Origin: Minisyncoccota bacterium
GTDB lineage: Bacteria > Patescibacteriota > Minisyncoccia > Phycocordibacterales > UBA2100
Assembly: GCA_036517195.1 (NCBI GenBank)
Contig: DATDXU010000005.1
Span: 4,975 to 68,974 of the forward strand
Reading direction: 5' to 3'
DNA: 64,000 nt
Notes under the pieces: generated by a model
Databases searched by the model: none
What the model was told of the DNA's origin: nothing
The model's input: the letters and a program-made list of their open reading frames with translations, nothing else
In this document: in pieces, positions 1 through 8,820 of the stretch
Layout of the letters: each line of letters starts with the position of its first letter
Numbering within the stretch: the first letter of the stretch is position 1
Made by a program: the position numbers and the translations under genes

Positions 1-203
1 AAGAGCGCGGCATGTCTCTCGGCGCATCTACGAAAATTGAGTGGGGAAGTCAAATTCGTTCCTACGTTCTGCATCCGTACACATTAGTGAAAGACCATCG
101 CACGGAGCATGAGAGGCGCGACGCGGACAGAGTTCTTGAGGGAGATATTCAATCGTTTATTGATGCAGAAAAAAATTTGGATAGCTATGGGGGCGAGGTA
201 TAA
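1..203 (+). CDS. prfB: peptide chain release factor 2, C-terminal part (5' truncated by window edge)
   Basis: [19 protein letters not shown] motif typical of RF2 C-terminus; upstream of ftsEX. Confidence 0.9.
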   Translation, partial: ERGMSLGASTKIEWGSQIRSYVLHPYTLVKDHRTEHERRDADRVLEGDIQSFIDAEKNLDSYGGEV

Positions 204-261
204 TGGTCAGGTGTTTCTTGGTTTTCTGAAAGCTGATAGCTAGAAGCCGAAACCTATTTTT

Positions 262-942
262 ATGATTTATTACGACAAAGTAACAAAAGCATACAATGGT
301 GGCACGCCTGCGGTGTCCGATGTCACGCTCAGTGTTGACCCAGGTGAATTTGTGTCCATCGTTGGTCACTCCGGGGCAGGAAAAACAACTCTCTTAAAGC
401 TTTTATTTGCGGAGATAAAGCCGACGACGGGGTCTGTGTATTTTGGTTCGCAAGAAGTGCACCTGATGTCTCAAGCAGAACTTTTGAATTTGCGACGCAA
501 TATCGGTACTGTGTTTCAGGATTTTCGCCTTTTGCCGACCAAAAACGTATTCGAAAACATCGCGTTTGCGATGGAGGTGGCGGGGCATTCTGACGAAGAT
601 ATTCAGGCGGATGTGCCGCACGTGCTTGAATTGGTGGGGTTGTCTGAAAAGATTTGGAATTTTCCGCGCGAACTCTCCGGCGGGGAACAGCAGAGAATAG
701 CGATCGCGCGCGCAATCGTGAATCAACCAGACGTGCTTATTGCGGATGAGCCGACGGGGAACCTTGACCCCATAAACACGCACGATGTTGTTGAAATTTT
801 GAAGAAAATTAACGACCTTGGTACGACCGTGCTTTTAACGACGCACAACAAGTCGGTCATTGAATCTGTCGGCAGACGCGTGGTCACGATGGATCAGGGT
901 CGGATTGTGAGAGACGATAAGAGCGGAAAATATACTCTCTGA
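262..942 (+). CDS. ftsE: cell division ATP-binding protein FtsE
   Basis: Walker A GHSGAGKT, VFQDFRLL, LSGGEQQR, ADEPTGNLD; followed by ftsX. Confidence 0.93.
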   Translation: MIYYDKVTKAYNGGTPAVSDVTLSVDPGEFVSIVGHSGAGKTTLLKLLFAEIKPTTGSVYFGSQEVHLMSQAELLNLRRNIGTVFQDFRLLPTKNVFENIAFAMEVAGHSDEDIQADVPHVLELVGLSEKIWNFPRELSGGEQQRIAIARAIVNQPDVLIADEPTGNLDPINTHDVVEILKKINDLGTTVLLTTHNKSVIESVGRRVVTMDQGRIVRDDKSGKYTL

Positions 943-1006
943 AATTGGAAAGATGTTGCATGCTATGATTAAAAAGCTAGAAGCTAAAAACTAGCACCTA
1001 CAAGCT

Positions 1007-1933
1007 ATGAACACATGGGTAAATGTAAAAAGGGTGGCTCGCTATGGGCTTATAGGATTCATTAGAAATGGTTTTGTGTCGCTTGCCGCAATTGTGATTA
1101 TGGCTATCACGCTTTTTGTGGTGGCGGGACTTTTGATGGCTGGTTCTGCTCTTGAAAGCACGCTCGTGTATCTCACAGAAAAGGTTGATGTGAATGTGTA
1201 TTTTGTGACGAATGCCGAAGAACAACACATACTTGAGATGAAACGTTCCTTAGAGAGTTTGCCTGAAGTCGCGTCAGTGACGTACACCAATCGGGAACAA
1301 GCGATTGCAGAGTTTCGTGAACGTCACAAAAATGACCAGTTGATATTACAAGGGCTGGATGAACTTGAAAATAACCCTCTCGGCGCGTCACTTTCTGTTC
1401 GCGCGAAGGAGACTTCTCAATATGAATCCATTGCAAAATTTTTAGAAAACACACAGGAGTCGGGGGGCGCGGGCACTCTTATCGAAAAAGTTAATTTTCA
1501 TCAAAATAAAACAGCGATTGACAGGCTGTCTGGCGTTATTGGCGCCTCGCGCCAGATCGGCATTGTTTCCGCAAGCGTTTTCATTATCGCGACTATTTTG
1601 ATTGCTTTCAATACCGTACGACTTGCCATTTATACCGCGCGTGAAGAGATCGGTGTTATGAATATTGTGGGTGCATCGCGTTGGTATGTGCGCGGTCCGT
1701 TTGTTATCGCGGGGGTTCTCTATGGAGTTATTTCTGCACTCATTGTTTTAGTGATTTTATATCCGTTGACATACTCTCTTAGCGGTCCATCTGCCGACTT
1801 TTTTCCTGCATTTGATGTATTCGAACACTTTACCAACTCGTTTCCGTTTTATTTTCTCGTACTCGTAGGGTTTGGCGTGTGTCTGGGCGCCATCTCCAGC
1901 ATCCTTGCGATTCGGAGATATTTGAGCACGTAA
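1007..1933 (+). CDS. ftsX: cell division permease FtsX
   Basis: N-terminal TM, NPLGAS loop, NTVRLAIYTAREEIGVM..VGA..WYVRGPF motif. Confidence 0.92.
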   Translation: MNTWVNVKRVARYGLIGFIRNGFVSLAAIVIMAITLFVVAGLLMAGSALESTLVYLTEKVDVNVYFVTNAEEQHILEMKRSLESLPEVASVTYTNREQAIAEFRERHKNDQLILQGLDELENNPLGASLSVRAKETSQYESIAKFLENTQESGGAGTLIEKVNFHQNKTAIDRLSGVIGASRQIGIVSASVFIIATILIAFNTVRLAIYTAREEIGVMNIVGASRWYVRGPFVIAGVLYGVISALIVLVILYPLTYSLSGPSADFFPAFDVFEHFTNSFPFYFLVLVGFGVCLGAISSILAIRRYLST

Positions 1934-1937
1934 CGCC

Positions 1938-3596
1938 ATGTCTACAAGCAAAGCAATGCGGGGACATAAGTATATTTTTGTTGTTGGGGGTGTTATGTCG
2001 GGGGTCGGGAAGGGGGTCGCGACCGCAACGATAGGGAAGTTACTCTCTGCTCGAGGGCTTTCTGTTAATCTCGTTAAAATTGACCCTTACCTCAATGTGG
2101 ACGCGGGAACGATGAACCCGACAGAGCACGGTGAGGTGTTCGTGCTTGATTCCGGACTTGAGTGCGACCAGGACATGGGCAACTACGAGCGTTTTTTGAA
2201 CCGTGATTTGGGACCGGAAGATTATATGACGAGCGGTATGGTGTACCGCACGGTGATTGAGCGCGAGCGCGCGCTGGGCTACGGCGGGAAATTTGTAGAA
2301 ACGATTCCGCATGTGCGCGATGAAATTGTGCGTCGCCTAGAGCACGCTGCACGCAAGAGCGGGTCTGATGTTTCGGTTGTTGAAATTGGGGGTACTATTG
2401 GGGATTTTCAAAATGCGCTCTATATTGATGCGGCACGCGTCATGCGCTTACAGAGTCCGTCGGATGTTCTTGTTGTTATGGTTTCGTACCTTCCCGTGCC
2501 CGGAACAATCGGGGAAATGAAAACAAAGCCGACACAGAATGCTGTACGTCAGCTTAATTCCTACGGCGTTCAGCCGGATATTATTGTTGCCAGAAGCGCG
2601 GTCGCGCTTGACCAGAGACGGAAAGAAAAACTTGCTGTGTGGTGTAACGTTGACGCGGAGCACATTATTTCTGCGCCCGATGTCGCATCCATTTACGATG
2701 TGCCGATTAACTTTGAACACGATCATCTTTCCGATATTGTATTGAAAGCGCTTGGAAAGAAGGGACGCGCGGATTCTGATTTGTCGGAATGGAAAAAATT
2801 TGTGAATCAGACTCATGGGAAAGGGGGTGGGGTGAAAATCGGTATTGTGGGGAAATATTTTGATACGGGGGATTTTGTTCTTTCCGACGCATACATTTCC
2901 GTGATTGAGGCGCTCAAATTTTCCGCGTATGCCGAAGGGTTAAAACCAGAGATACAGTGGCTAAACGCAAAGGAGTATGAGAAAAATCCTCCGAGCGTAA
3001 AAGAGTTGAAAGGGTATGACGGAATCGTGGTTCCTGGAGGATTTGGAGAAACGGGGGTGGAGGGGAAAATAAACGCAATCAAGTTTGTGCGTGAAAACAA
3101 AATTCCATACCTCGGTCTTTGTTACGGTCTCCAACTTGCGATTGTGGAGTACGCGCGAAGTGTTGCTGGATTGAAGGGGGCGCACACGACGGAAATAAAT
3201 TCTAAAACACCGCACCCCGTAATTGCTGTTTTGCCGGAGCAGGTGGAAAAATTAGCACGCCGTGAATATGGAGCAACAATGCGCCTTGGGGCGTATCCGT
3301 GCGTGTTGAAAGGGGGGACTATTGCTGGAGAGGCGTATGGGAAAAAACTTGTGTCCGAGCGTCACAGACATCGCTTTGAAGTGAATCCCGACTACATTGA
3401 ACAGCTCGAGAAAGCGGGAATGATATTTTCAGGGTCTTCTCCAGACAGACATCTTATGGAAATTGCGGAGCTTCCGAAGAGTGCGCATCCGTTTTTCCTC
3501 GGCACGCAATTTCATCCGGAATTCCGCGCGCGCCCCCTCTCTCCGCATCCACTATTCACCGCGTTCATCAAAGCCGCACACAAGAAGATCGCATAG
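1938..3596 (+). CDS. pyrG: CTP synthase
   Basis: GGVMSGVGKG, KIDPYLNVDAGTMNP.EHGEVFV, KTKPTQ, glutaminase GLCYGLQ and QFHPEF. Confidence 0.97.
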   Translation: MSTSKAMRGHKYIFVVGGVMSGVGKGVATATIGKLLSARGLSVNLVKIDPYLNVDAGTMNPTEHGEVFVLDSGLECDQDMGNYERFLNRDLGPEDYMTSGMVYRTVIERERALGYGGKFVETIPHVRDEIVRRLEHAARKSGSDVSVVEIGGTIGDFQNALYIDAARVMRLQSPSDVLVVMVSYLPVPGTIGEMKTKPTQNAVRQLNSYGVQPDIIVARSAVALDQRRKEKLAVWCNVDAEHIISAPDVASIYDVPINFEHDHLSDIVLKALGKKGRADSDLSEWKKFVNQTHGKGGGVKIGIVGKYFDTGDFVLSDAYISVIEALKFSAYAEGLKPEIQWLNAKEYEKNPPSVKELKGYDGIVVPGGFGETGVEGKINAIKFVRENKIPYLGLCYGLQLAIVEYARSVAGLKGAHTTEINSKTPHPVIAVLPEQVEKLARREYGATMRLGAYPCVLKGGTIAGEAYGKKLVSERHRHRFEVNPDYIEQLEKAGMIFSGSSPDRHLMEIAELPKSAHPFFLGTQFHPEFRARPLSPHPLFTAFIKAAHKKIA

Positions 3597-3727
3597 TGTA
3601 AATAAAAAAACGCCCAGGTTGAATGTGCCTTGCGAACAGTTGACAGTGTGTATTGAATATGCTACAAGATGTTTTGCGTCCTTTGACATAGACATAACAA
3701 AATTTCCGTCATTGTGCTGGAGGCCCC

Positions 3728-4819
3728 ATGGAAGCCCAGTATCTTTTGTTAGTACTCCTATTGTTTCCCGTGCTATGGCCTTTCGTTGCAAAACGAATCT
3801 GGCACCAAGATATCTCGTGGACAGAGATGGGACTTAACATAGGTCTTGTTGGACTTCTCGTGGTCGCTATTTTCTATGCTGGTCATTATGCGCAAACAGC
3901 GGATACAGAAATATGGAATGGCGCGGTGACTGGGAAGGAGAAGGAGTGGACCTCTTGCGAGCACAGCTACAGCTGTAATTGCAGAGAATCGTGTTCTGGG
4001 TCTGGCAAAGATAGGTCGTGTAGCGAAGTATGCGACACGTGCTATGAACACAGCAACGATTGGAATTGGAAAGTGCGGACCACCATAGGCAACTTCAACA
4101 TATCCCGCATTGACTCTAGGGGTAGTAAAGAGCCACCTCGTTGGTCTAAAGTTGCTTCCGGTCAGCCGGTGGCGTTTGAAAAACCGTACGTGAATTATAT
4201 AAAGGCAGTGCCGGAGTCACTATTTCACTTCAACAGCAGTTTAAAAGAACAGCATGAAAAACTGCTCGTCCGGTATCCGCGAGTATTTGATTACCATTAC
4301 GCGAATCGGGTAATTCCGGTTGGCGTTACGCTTCCGGACATTGAAGCGTGGAACTATGAGCTCGCGCTCATGCTCCGAGAACTTGGCCCGAAGAAGCAAG
4401 CGAACATCGTTTTGATTGTGGTGAAAACGCCCGATCAGGGATACGCTCACGCCATCGAGGCGCACTGGCTTGGTGGCAAGAAGAACGATGTGGTCGTGGT
4501 GCTCGGTGTTCCCGAGTATCCGAATATCGGATGGGCATACATCATGAGCTGGACCGATAGTCAGATATTCAAAGTCCAACTGCGTGATGCACTGCTCGCG
4601 CTTGGCACTGTGGAAAAAGATGCGGTGTTGCGGACAATTCATCAGCACGTTGCAACAACATTTGTACGCAAACCCATGGCGGACTTTGCGTATTTAAAGG
4701 ATGAAATACGTCCTCCTACCTGGGTCATTGTGTTTGCGGCCATGTTCGGAATTTTGGGCAGCATAGGACTCAGCTTTCTGTTCCGCCAAAAAGATGTGAA
4801 CTTAACCCTTGGAAAATGA
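3728..4819 (+). CDS. membrane protein with Cys-rich extracytoplasmic segment, unknown function
   Basis: 363-aa ORF with GGAGG SD; two N-terminal and one C-terminal TM; CEHSYSCNCRESC...CSEVCDTC cluster. Confidence 0.8.
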   Translation: MEAQYLLLVLLLFPVLWPFVAKRIWHQDISWTEMGLNIGLVGLLVVAIFYAGHYAQTADTEIWNGAVTGKEKEWTSCEHSYSCNCRESCSGSGKDRSCSEVCDTCYEHSNDWNWKVRTTIGNFNISRIDSRGSKEPPRWSKVASGQPVAFEKPYVNYIKAVPESLFHFNSSLKEQHEKLLVRYPRVFDYHYANRVIPVGVTLPDIEAWNYELALMLRELGPKKQANIVLIVVKTPDQGYAHAIEAHWLGGKKNDVVVVLGVPEYPNIGWAYIMSWTDSQIFKVQLRDALLALGTVEKDAVLRTIHQHVATTFVRKPMADFAYLKDEIRPPTWVIVFAAMFGILGSIGLSFLFRQKDVNLTLGK

Positions 4820-4832
4820 AAGGAACGAAACA

Positions 4833-5429
4833 ATGAGCGCGGGTAAAGTAACAGCCATTCTTGTTGCTGGAGTCTTCGCCCTTGGAGCCCTGGCATGTGC
4901 CATAGGCTTTATTGGTGCCTGGAATCTTGGCAACAGGCTAGAACAGGGAGTCCATGCGTCCTGGGAAAACAACAAACAAATCCTAGGGCAGTATGGGCAA
5001 AAAATCCAAGAAATGGCGCAGGTGCCGGAAATACAGCGGGACGACTTGATCGCCGTTTTCACCAAAGCGAACGAGTCGCGGTATGGGAAAACGGGGTCAG
5101 CCGCGGTGGTGCAGTGGATCCAAGAACAAAATCCGAACTTGGACCCCTCTACGTACAAGGGAATTCAGCAGGCGATCGAGGCCGGTCGAAATGAATTTCA
5201 GGCGGCGCAACAGACAATAACCGACAAAAAGCGCGCCTATAGAACGGAACTCGGCTCGCTTTGGGGCGGGTTCTGGCTAAAGATGGCTGGATACCCAACT
5301 ATCAAGATTGGGTATCCGATCGGCACAGAGGATGCATATCCGGTTATCTCGACCTCGAGAGCCGATGATGCATTCAAGAAGGGTCGGGAGGATGCCCCCC
5401 TGAAGTTGCGCCCGCAAGAACCAAAGTAA
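4833..5429 (+). CDS. LemA-like single-TM helical protein
   Basis: N-terminal TM followed by helical region loosely resembling LemA; directly follows previous gene. Confidence 0.6.
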   Translation: MSAGKVTAILVAGVFALGALACAIGFIGAWNLGNRLEQGVHASWENNKQILGQYGQKIQEMAQVPEIQRDDLIAVFTKANESRYGKTGSAAVVQWIQEQNPNLDPSTYKGIQQAIEAGRNEFQAAQQTITDKKRAYRTELGSLWGGFWLKMAGYPTIKIGYPIGTEDAYPVISTSRADDAFKKGREDAPLKLRPQEPK

Positions 5430-5447
5430 GCAACACATCGAATGTGG

Positions 5448-5483
5448 CGCCGCGGGCAACACCCCGCGGCGTTTTTATTTTTT
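5448..5483 (+). terminator. rho-independent terminator
   Basis: CGCCGCGGG/CCCGCGGCG stem followed by T-tract. Confidence 0.75.
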
Positions 5484-5512
5484 GTCCTCGCAGGGAGTGA
5501 TGTTTTAGTGTA

Positions 5513-5646
5513 TCCACGCACCAAAGGATCACCGCGTTATATAAGGCGGTATTAGATCCTTGGTGCGGGATTCCGCACCGCGAGCAAGCTTTTGGGCTTT
5601 GTTACAAACGTTTGGTATCATGAGCTTGCTCGCGGTGCTTCATTTT
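5513..5646 (+). repeat. double-hairpin (dumbbell) element, copy 1 of 3
   Basis: TCCACGCACC..GGTGCGGGATTCCGCACC..GGTGCTTCATTTT skeleton shared with 30740-30874 (-) and 60574-60719 (+). Confidence 0.9.
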
Positions 5647-5653
5647 AATTCTT

Positions 5654-5917
5654 TGCGGGATCATCTAGTGGTAGGACTTCTCCCTCTGGAGGAGAGTATC
5701 TTGGCCCGCCCCGTTAGATATTTTTGTAGAATACGCGGTTGATACTACAATACACACAGCTTGTTTCCATCGCTGCGGGATCGTCTAACGGTAGGACTTC
5801 TCCCTCTGGAGGAGAGTATCTTGGTTCGAGTCCAAGTCCCGCAGCGATGGGCGTAAGCATGCAGATGCCAGTAGTATATGTATATCTAACGGGGTGAAAA
5901 TCCAAGTCCCGCAGCCA
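5654..5917 (+). pseudogene. outer, interrupted tRNA-Gln(CTG): 5' part 5654-5704, 3' part with CCA 5895-5917
   Basis: 5' 51 nt nearly identical to the intact tRNA-Gln; TCCAAGTCCCGCAGCCA resumes at 5901 after an inverted-repeat-bounded insert. Confidence 0.8.
5774..5844 (+). tRNA. tRNA-Gln(CTG)
   Basis: full cloverleaf: TGCGGGA/TCCCGCA acceptor, TCTCC-CTCTGGA-GGAGA anticodon arm, CTTGG-TTCGAGT-CCAAG T arm. Confidence 0.95.
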
Positions 5918-5950
5918 GGTTTGAGATAGGTTCGGACTCCGAGGAGCATT
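5912..5950 (+). repeat. ~38-bp direct repeat beginning in tRNA 3' end (second copy 7573-7610)
   Basis: CAGCCAG(G)TTTGAGATAGGTTCGGACTCCGAGGAGCATT present twice. Confidence 0.9.
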
Positions 5951-5957
5951 AAAAACT

Positions 5958-6341
5958 ATGAATAATCAAAACAAAGAACCTTGGCAAATAACAGCAGCTC
6001 GGTTTTGCGTAGAGAGAAAAGAGTTTACCTTAAGGGGGTTGGAGACTTTTTTGAAGGAAGAACCGTACAACATTCCTCACGAACACGTAAGAAATTTTTT
6101 CATAGAAAATATTCAAAATCCTCCAGGGCGACAATTCAACAGAGATTTTCGAAAGAGTGCCGAAGGAGAAGGTGGATTGTGGACTGCTCCTTCTGACCTT
6201 GTATCCATGGTGACAGATTATGATGAATTGAGAGAGGCAAGAGAGAGTAGTAGAAAGGCAATGTATATTGCAATCGGGTCTTTGATCGTTGCTACACTAG
6301 TTGGCATTGCTCAAATCATTGTACAGATTTATTACAAATAA
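5958..6341 (+). CDS. hypothetical protein with C-terminal TM anchor
   Basis: 127-aa ORF with GAGGAG SD supplied by the repeat; hydrophobic C-terminus. Confidence 0.7.
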   Translation: MNNQNKEPWQITAARFCVERKEFTLRGLETFLKEEPYNIPHEHVRNFFIENIQNPPGRQFNRDFRKSAEGEGGLWTAPSDLVSMVTDYDELREARESSRKAMYIAIGSLIVATLVGIAQIIVQIYYK

Positions 6342-6345
6342 CTTT

Positions 6346-6783
6346 ATGAAGATAATTACTAAAAAGGAATCTGGCAATTCAGGAGAGCAAGAGATTGTAG
6401 ACCTTATCCCATGTCCGAATTGCGGGAAGAAATTGATGAAACTTCCATCAAACTATCCTTTATATGATGTCCAGTGCACTGGGTGTTCATTCCGTGCTCA
6501 AGTTAAAACAAATCAAAGTAAACCAAAATCAGTAGTTTTTGGAGCCGGGTGGCAAATTATGAACAAGGTATTGAAGTCTGGTTATATGACACCACCTCTT
6601 TTTCTAAACTTTAAATGGACAGAGAAAGATGATCAAAAACAAGAAGTCAGATTTTACCCCTTCGTGCCAAAGAAAAATCTCTCTAACTATCGTTTGTCTG
6701 CAACAGCACGTCGTGCAAATTATGAAATGTTTACCTATACGGGAATGGATAAGCTTCCGTATTTTCTAGTATATAAAAAATGA
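6346..6783 (+). CDS. DpnI-like (Dam-replacing family) Zn-finger PD-(D/E)XK nuclease domain
   Basis: CPNCG..L...N.P..D..C..C....QVK and LSATARRA resemble the DpnI catalytic domain (CPNCG...NRPVADFYC..C..ELKS; LAPTARRA); lacks the C-terminal winged helix. Confidence 0.7.
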   Translation: MKIITKKESGNSGEQEIVDLIPCPNCGKKLMKLPSNYPLYDVQCTGCSFRAQVKTNQSKPKSVVFGAGWQIMNKVLKSGYMTPPLFLNFKWTEKDDQKQEVRFYPFVPKKNLSNYRLSATARRANYEMFTYTGMDKLPYFLVYKK

Positions 6784-7478
6784 ACAAGATTCAGGATGAC
6801 ATATTAAGTTATCGTGAGATGTGTGACGCAGAAAATATACAGACACTCCAGCGCGGTATGAATTTTCGAATGAAACCAACATACTCTGTTATTTTGATGT
6901 CTCAAAGATCAAACGCACCGTATCAAGATAGAATTCACGAAGACGGCATAACGATTGAATATGAGGGTCACGATGTTTCTAAAAGAGCTCACGACCATAA
7001 TCCAAAGGCCGAGGATCAGCCAGACAAGTTACCGAGTGGTCGATTAACTCAAAATGGATATTTCATAAAAGCCGCTAAAGACTATAAGGAAAGAGGAACT
7101 GCCCCAGAGTTGGTAAAAGTATATGAAAAGGTATTTCCCGGCGTGTGGTCTCTAAAGGGATTTTTTGATCTAATAGATTACAAAATATTTAATGATGGAA
7201 AACGTAATACGTTTCGTTATATTTTAAGACTTTCTGATCATGGAGAGACGGACACGAGGGTACCGACAAACATCGAACATACTCGCCTAATACCTTCAGA
7301 TGTAAAAAGAGAAGTTTGGAAACGGGATCAGGGTAAATGTGTAATCTGTGGAAATTCTAAGAATTTACACTTCGACCATGATTTACCATTTTCTAGGGGT
7401 GGAACCAGTTTATCAGCAAAGAATGTACGCCTGCTTTGTGTGACTCATAATCTTCAGAAATCAGATAAAATTGAATAG
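6780..7478 (+). CDS. HNH endonuclease with SRA-like N-terminal domain
   Basis: C-terminal VWKRDQGKCVICG...LHFDH..PFSRGG....NVRLLC..HN; N-terminal SVILMS...PY.D..DG..I.YEG resembles SRA/YDG. Confidence 0.8.
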   Translation: MNKIQDDILSYREMCDAENIQTLQRGMNFRMKPTYSVILMSQRSNAPYQDRIHEDGITIEYEGHDVSKRAHDHNPKAEDQPDKLPSGRLTQNGYFIKAAKDYKERGTAPELVKVYEKVFPGVWSLKGFFDLIDYKIFNDGKRNTFRYILRLSDHGETDTRVPTNIEHTRLIPSDVKREVWKRDQGKCVICGNSKNLHFDHDLPFSRGGTSLSAKNVRLLCVTHNLQKSDKIE

Positions 7479-7572
7479 TTGCTCGTTCCTGAAGAGCATC
7501 AAAATAGTAAACTTAAAAGCGTCAGAAAAGCTTTATGGGGTCTCACTTTGAAAAATACGAGACCGAAGGGGT

Positions 7573-7610
7573 CAGCCAGTTTGAGATAGGTTCGGACTCC
7601 GAGGAGCATT
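7573..7610 (+). repeat. second copy of tRNA-Gln-adjacent direct repeat
   Basis: matches 5912-5950 except for one G indel; supplies SD for ATG at 7619. Confidence 0.9.
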
Positions 7611-7618
7611 GTATCTAT

Positions 7619-8212
7619 ATGCTAAAAATTAGTTTGAGCAAGTATCAACTGAACGAATGTTTAAATTCGTTTTGTTGGACTTTTAAGATTGGCGATAACA
7701 TTCTTTATAATTTAGATCTCATATTCCAACTTGTGGACGACCACAATAAGCTAGCGGGGCGCAAATATGCTAAGCCCATATCAATACTCTGTGTCTCAGT
7801 TATAGAGGGAGCACTTGTTGATTTTTTAGAACGTTTAGATTCTGCAACGCGACATTTCCCGAGTAAACTAGACTCGAAAAAAAAGGACATAAAGAAAGAA
7901 TTAGAGGGAAAAAAGAATGATTTTGAGATAATCTACAAAGGGAAGGTTTATAAGTATAAACGACTAAAAAATTTCGGGTACAAAGAATTGATAAAGTTTT
8001 ACGAGGATTTTAAGATTCTAGGTTCAAGGTCTGCCGATTATCAGATACTGCAAGAGCTGGGTCGTTTCCGCAATCGGGTCCATATTCAAAATTACTTTAG
8101 AAACTTTGAACAAAATGAGTCCTGTACATTCTCTGAAAACAGAAGCCAGAGAGCTATTGATTACATGGAAAGTGTATTTAAATACCTTAGTAAAAACTAT
8201 CCGCGCCCATAA
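7619..8212 (+). CDS. putative HEPN-like protein
   Basis: helical protein with SVIEGAL and FRNRVH (R-N-x-x-H); start placed at ATG behind GAGGAG. Confidence 0.55.
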   Translation: MLKISLSKYQLNECLNSFCWTFKIGDNILYNLDLIFQLVDDHNKLAGRKYAKPISILCVSVIEGALVDFLERLDSATRHFPSKLDSKKKDIKKELEGKKNDFEIIYKGKVYKYKRLKNFGYKELIKFYEDFKILGSRSADYQILQELGRFRNRVHIQNYFRNFEQNESCTFSENRSQRAIDYMESVFKYLSKNYPRP

Positions 8213-8348
8213 TTCATTTTCATTGTTGTCTCAGCTTCGGCCCACTCAGCTGTTCCGAGAAGGGTCGAAATGGTAGAATAAAAGTAATCAAAAAAGTCTT
8301 ATAGAGCTTGATGGGTAAATTTACAAGATCGAGAGGGCCAGCAAAAAT

Positions 8349-8597
8349 ATGATAAAAAAGCTCGCCATTGGTACAGTACATAAACTGCCGGAGGATTTAC
8401 AAAAAGCACTCACATCTTCCGCTAAGGTGCAAAAACTATGGGAAGACATCACGCCGCTCGCGCGCAATGAGTGGATATGCTGGGTCATCTCCGGGAAACG
8501 TGCGGAGACGAGGGGAATTCGAGTTGAGAAGGCGCTCTCGAAACTTAAAGATGGAATGCGCAGGCCGTGTTGCTGGGCTGGTTGTCCTCACCGTTGA
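8349..8597 (+). CDS. YdeI/OmpD-associated family protein
   Basis: LPEDL..AL......WE..TPLARNEWICW....K..ETR..R. Confidence 0.85.
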   Translation: MIKKLAIGTVHKLPEDLQKALTSSAKVQKLWEDITPLARNEWICWVISGKRAETRGIRVEKALSKLKDGMRRPCCWAGCPHR

Positions 8598-8820
8598 TGA
8601 ACGAAGGTAAGGAAATACTGAGCCGAGCGCGGCGAAGTGTTGAAAACATCCGAAGCGTTTTATGATTTCGAGAATACTGAGCACGATAGTGAGAATGTGC
8701 CAATAGAAATTTTTAATATTTCCGATGTTTTGTAATTTCTAAAACCCAAAACGCAACGAGCGTTGCAAAAAATCTTAAAAAATCCTTGCGTCTTTGTAAT
8801 GACTTGGTACACTATTTTAA

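Noticed and set aside
5705-5894. Group I intron in tRNA-Gln
   Set aside because: The insert is in the T arm, is a single nested hairpin containing a tRNA, and shows no recognisable catalytic core.
7535-7618. Upstream start of the HEPN-like ORF
   Set aside because: Overlaps the direct repeat; the ATG at 7619 has the SD.
5950-8600. Classical integron cassette array
   Set aside because: No integrase and no convincing RYYYAAC...GTTRRRY attC boxes.
8600-8800. AATACTGAGC occurring twice in the gap before hss
   Set aside because: Too short and no consistent structure or ORF.
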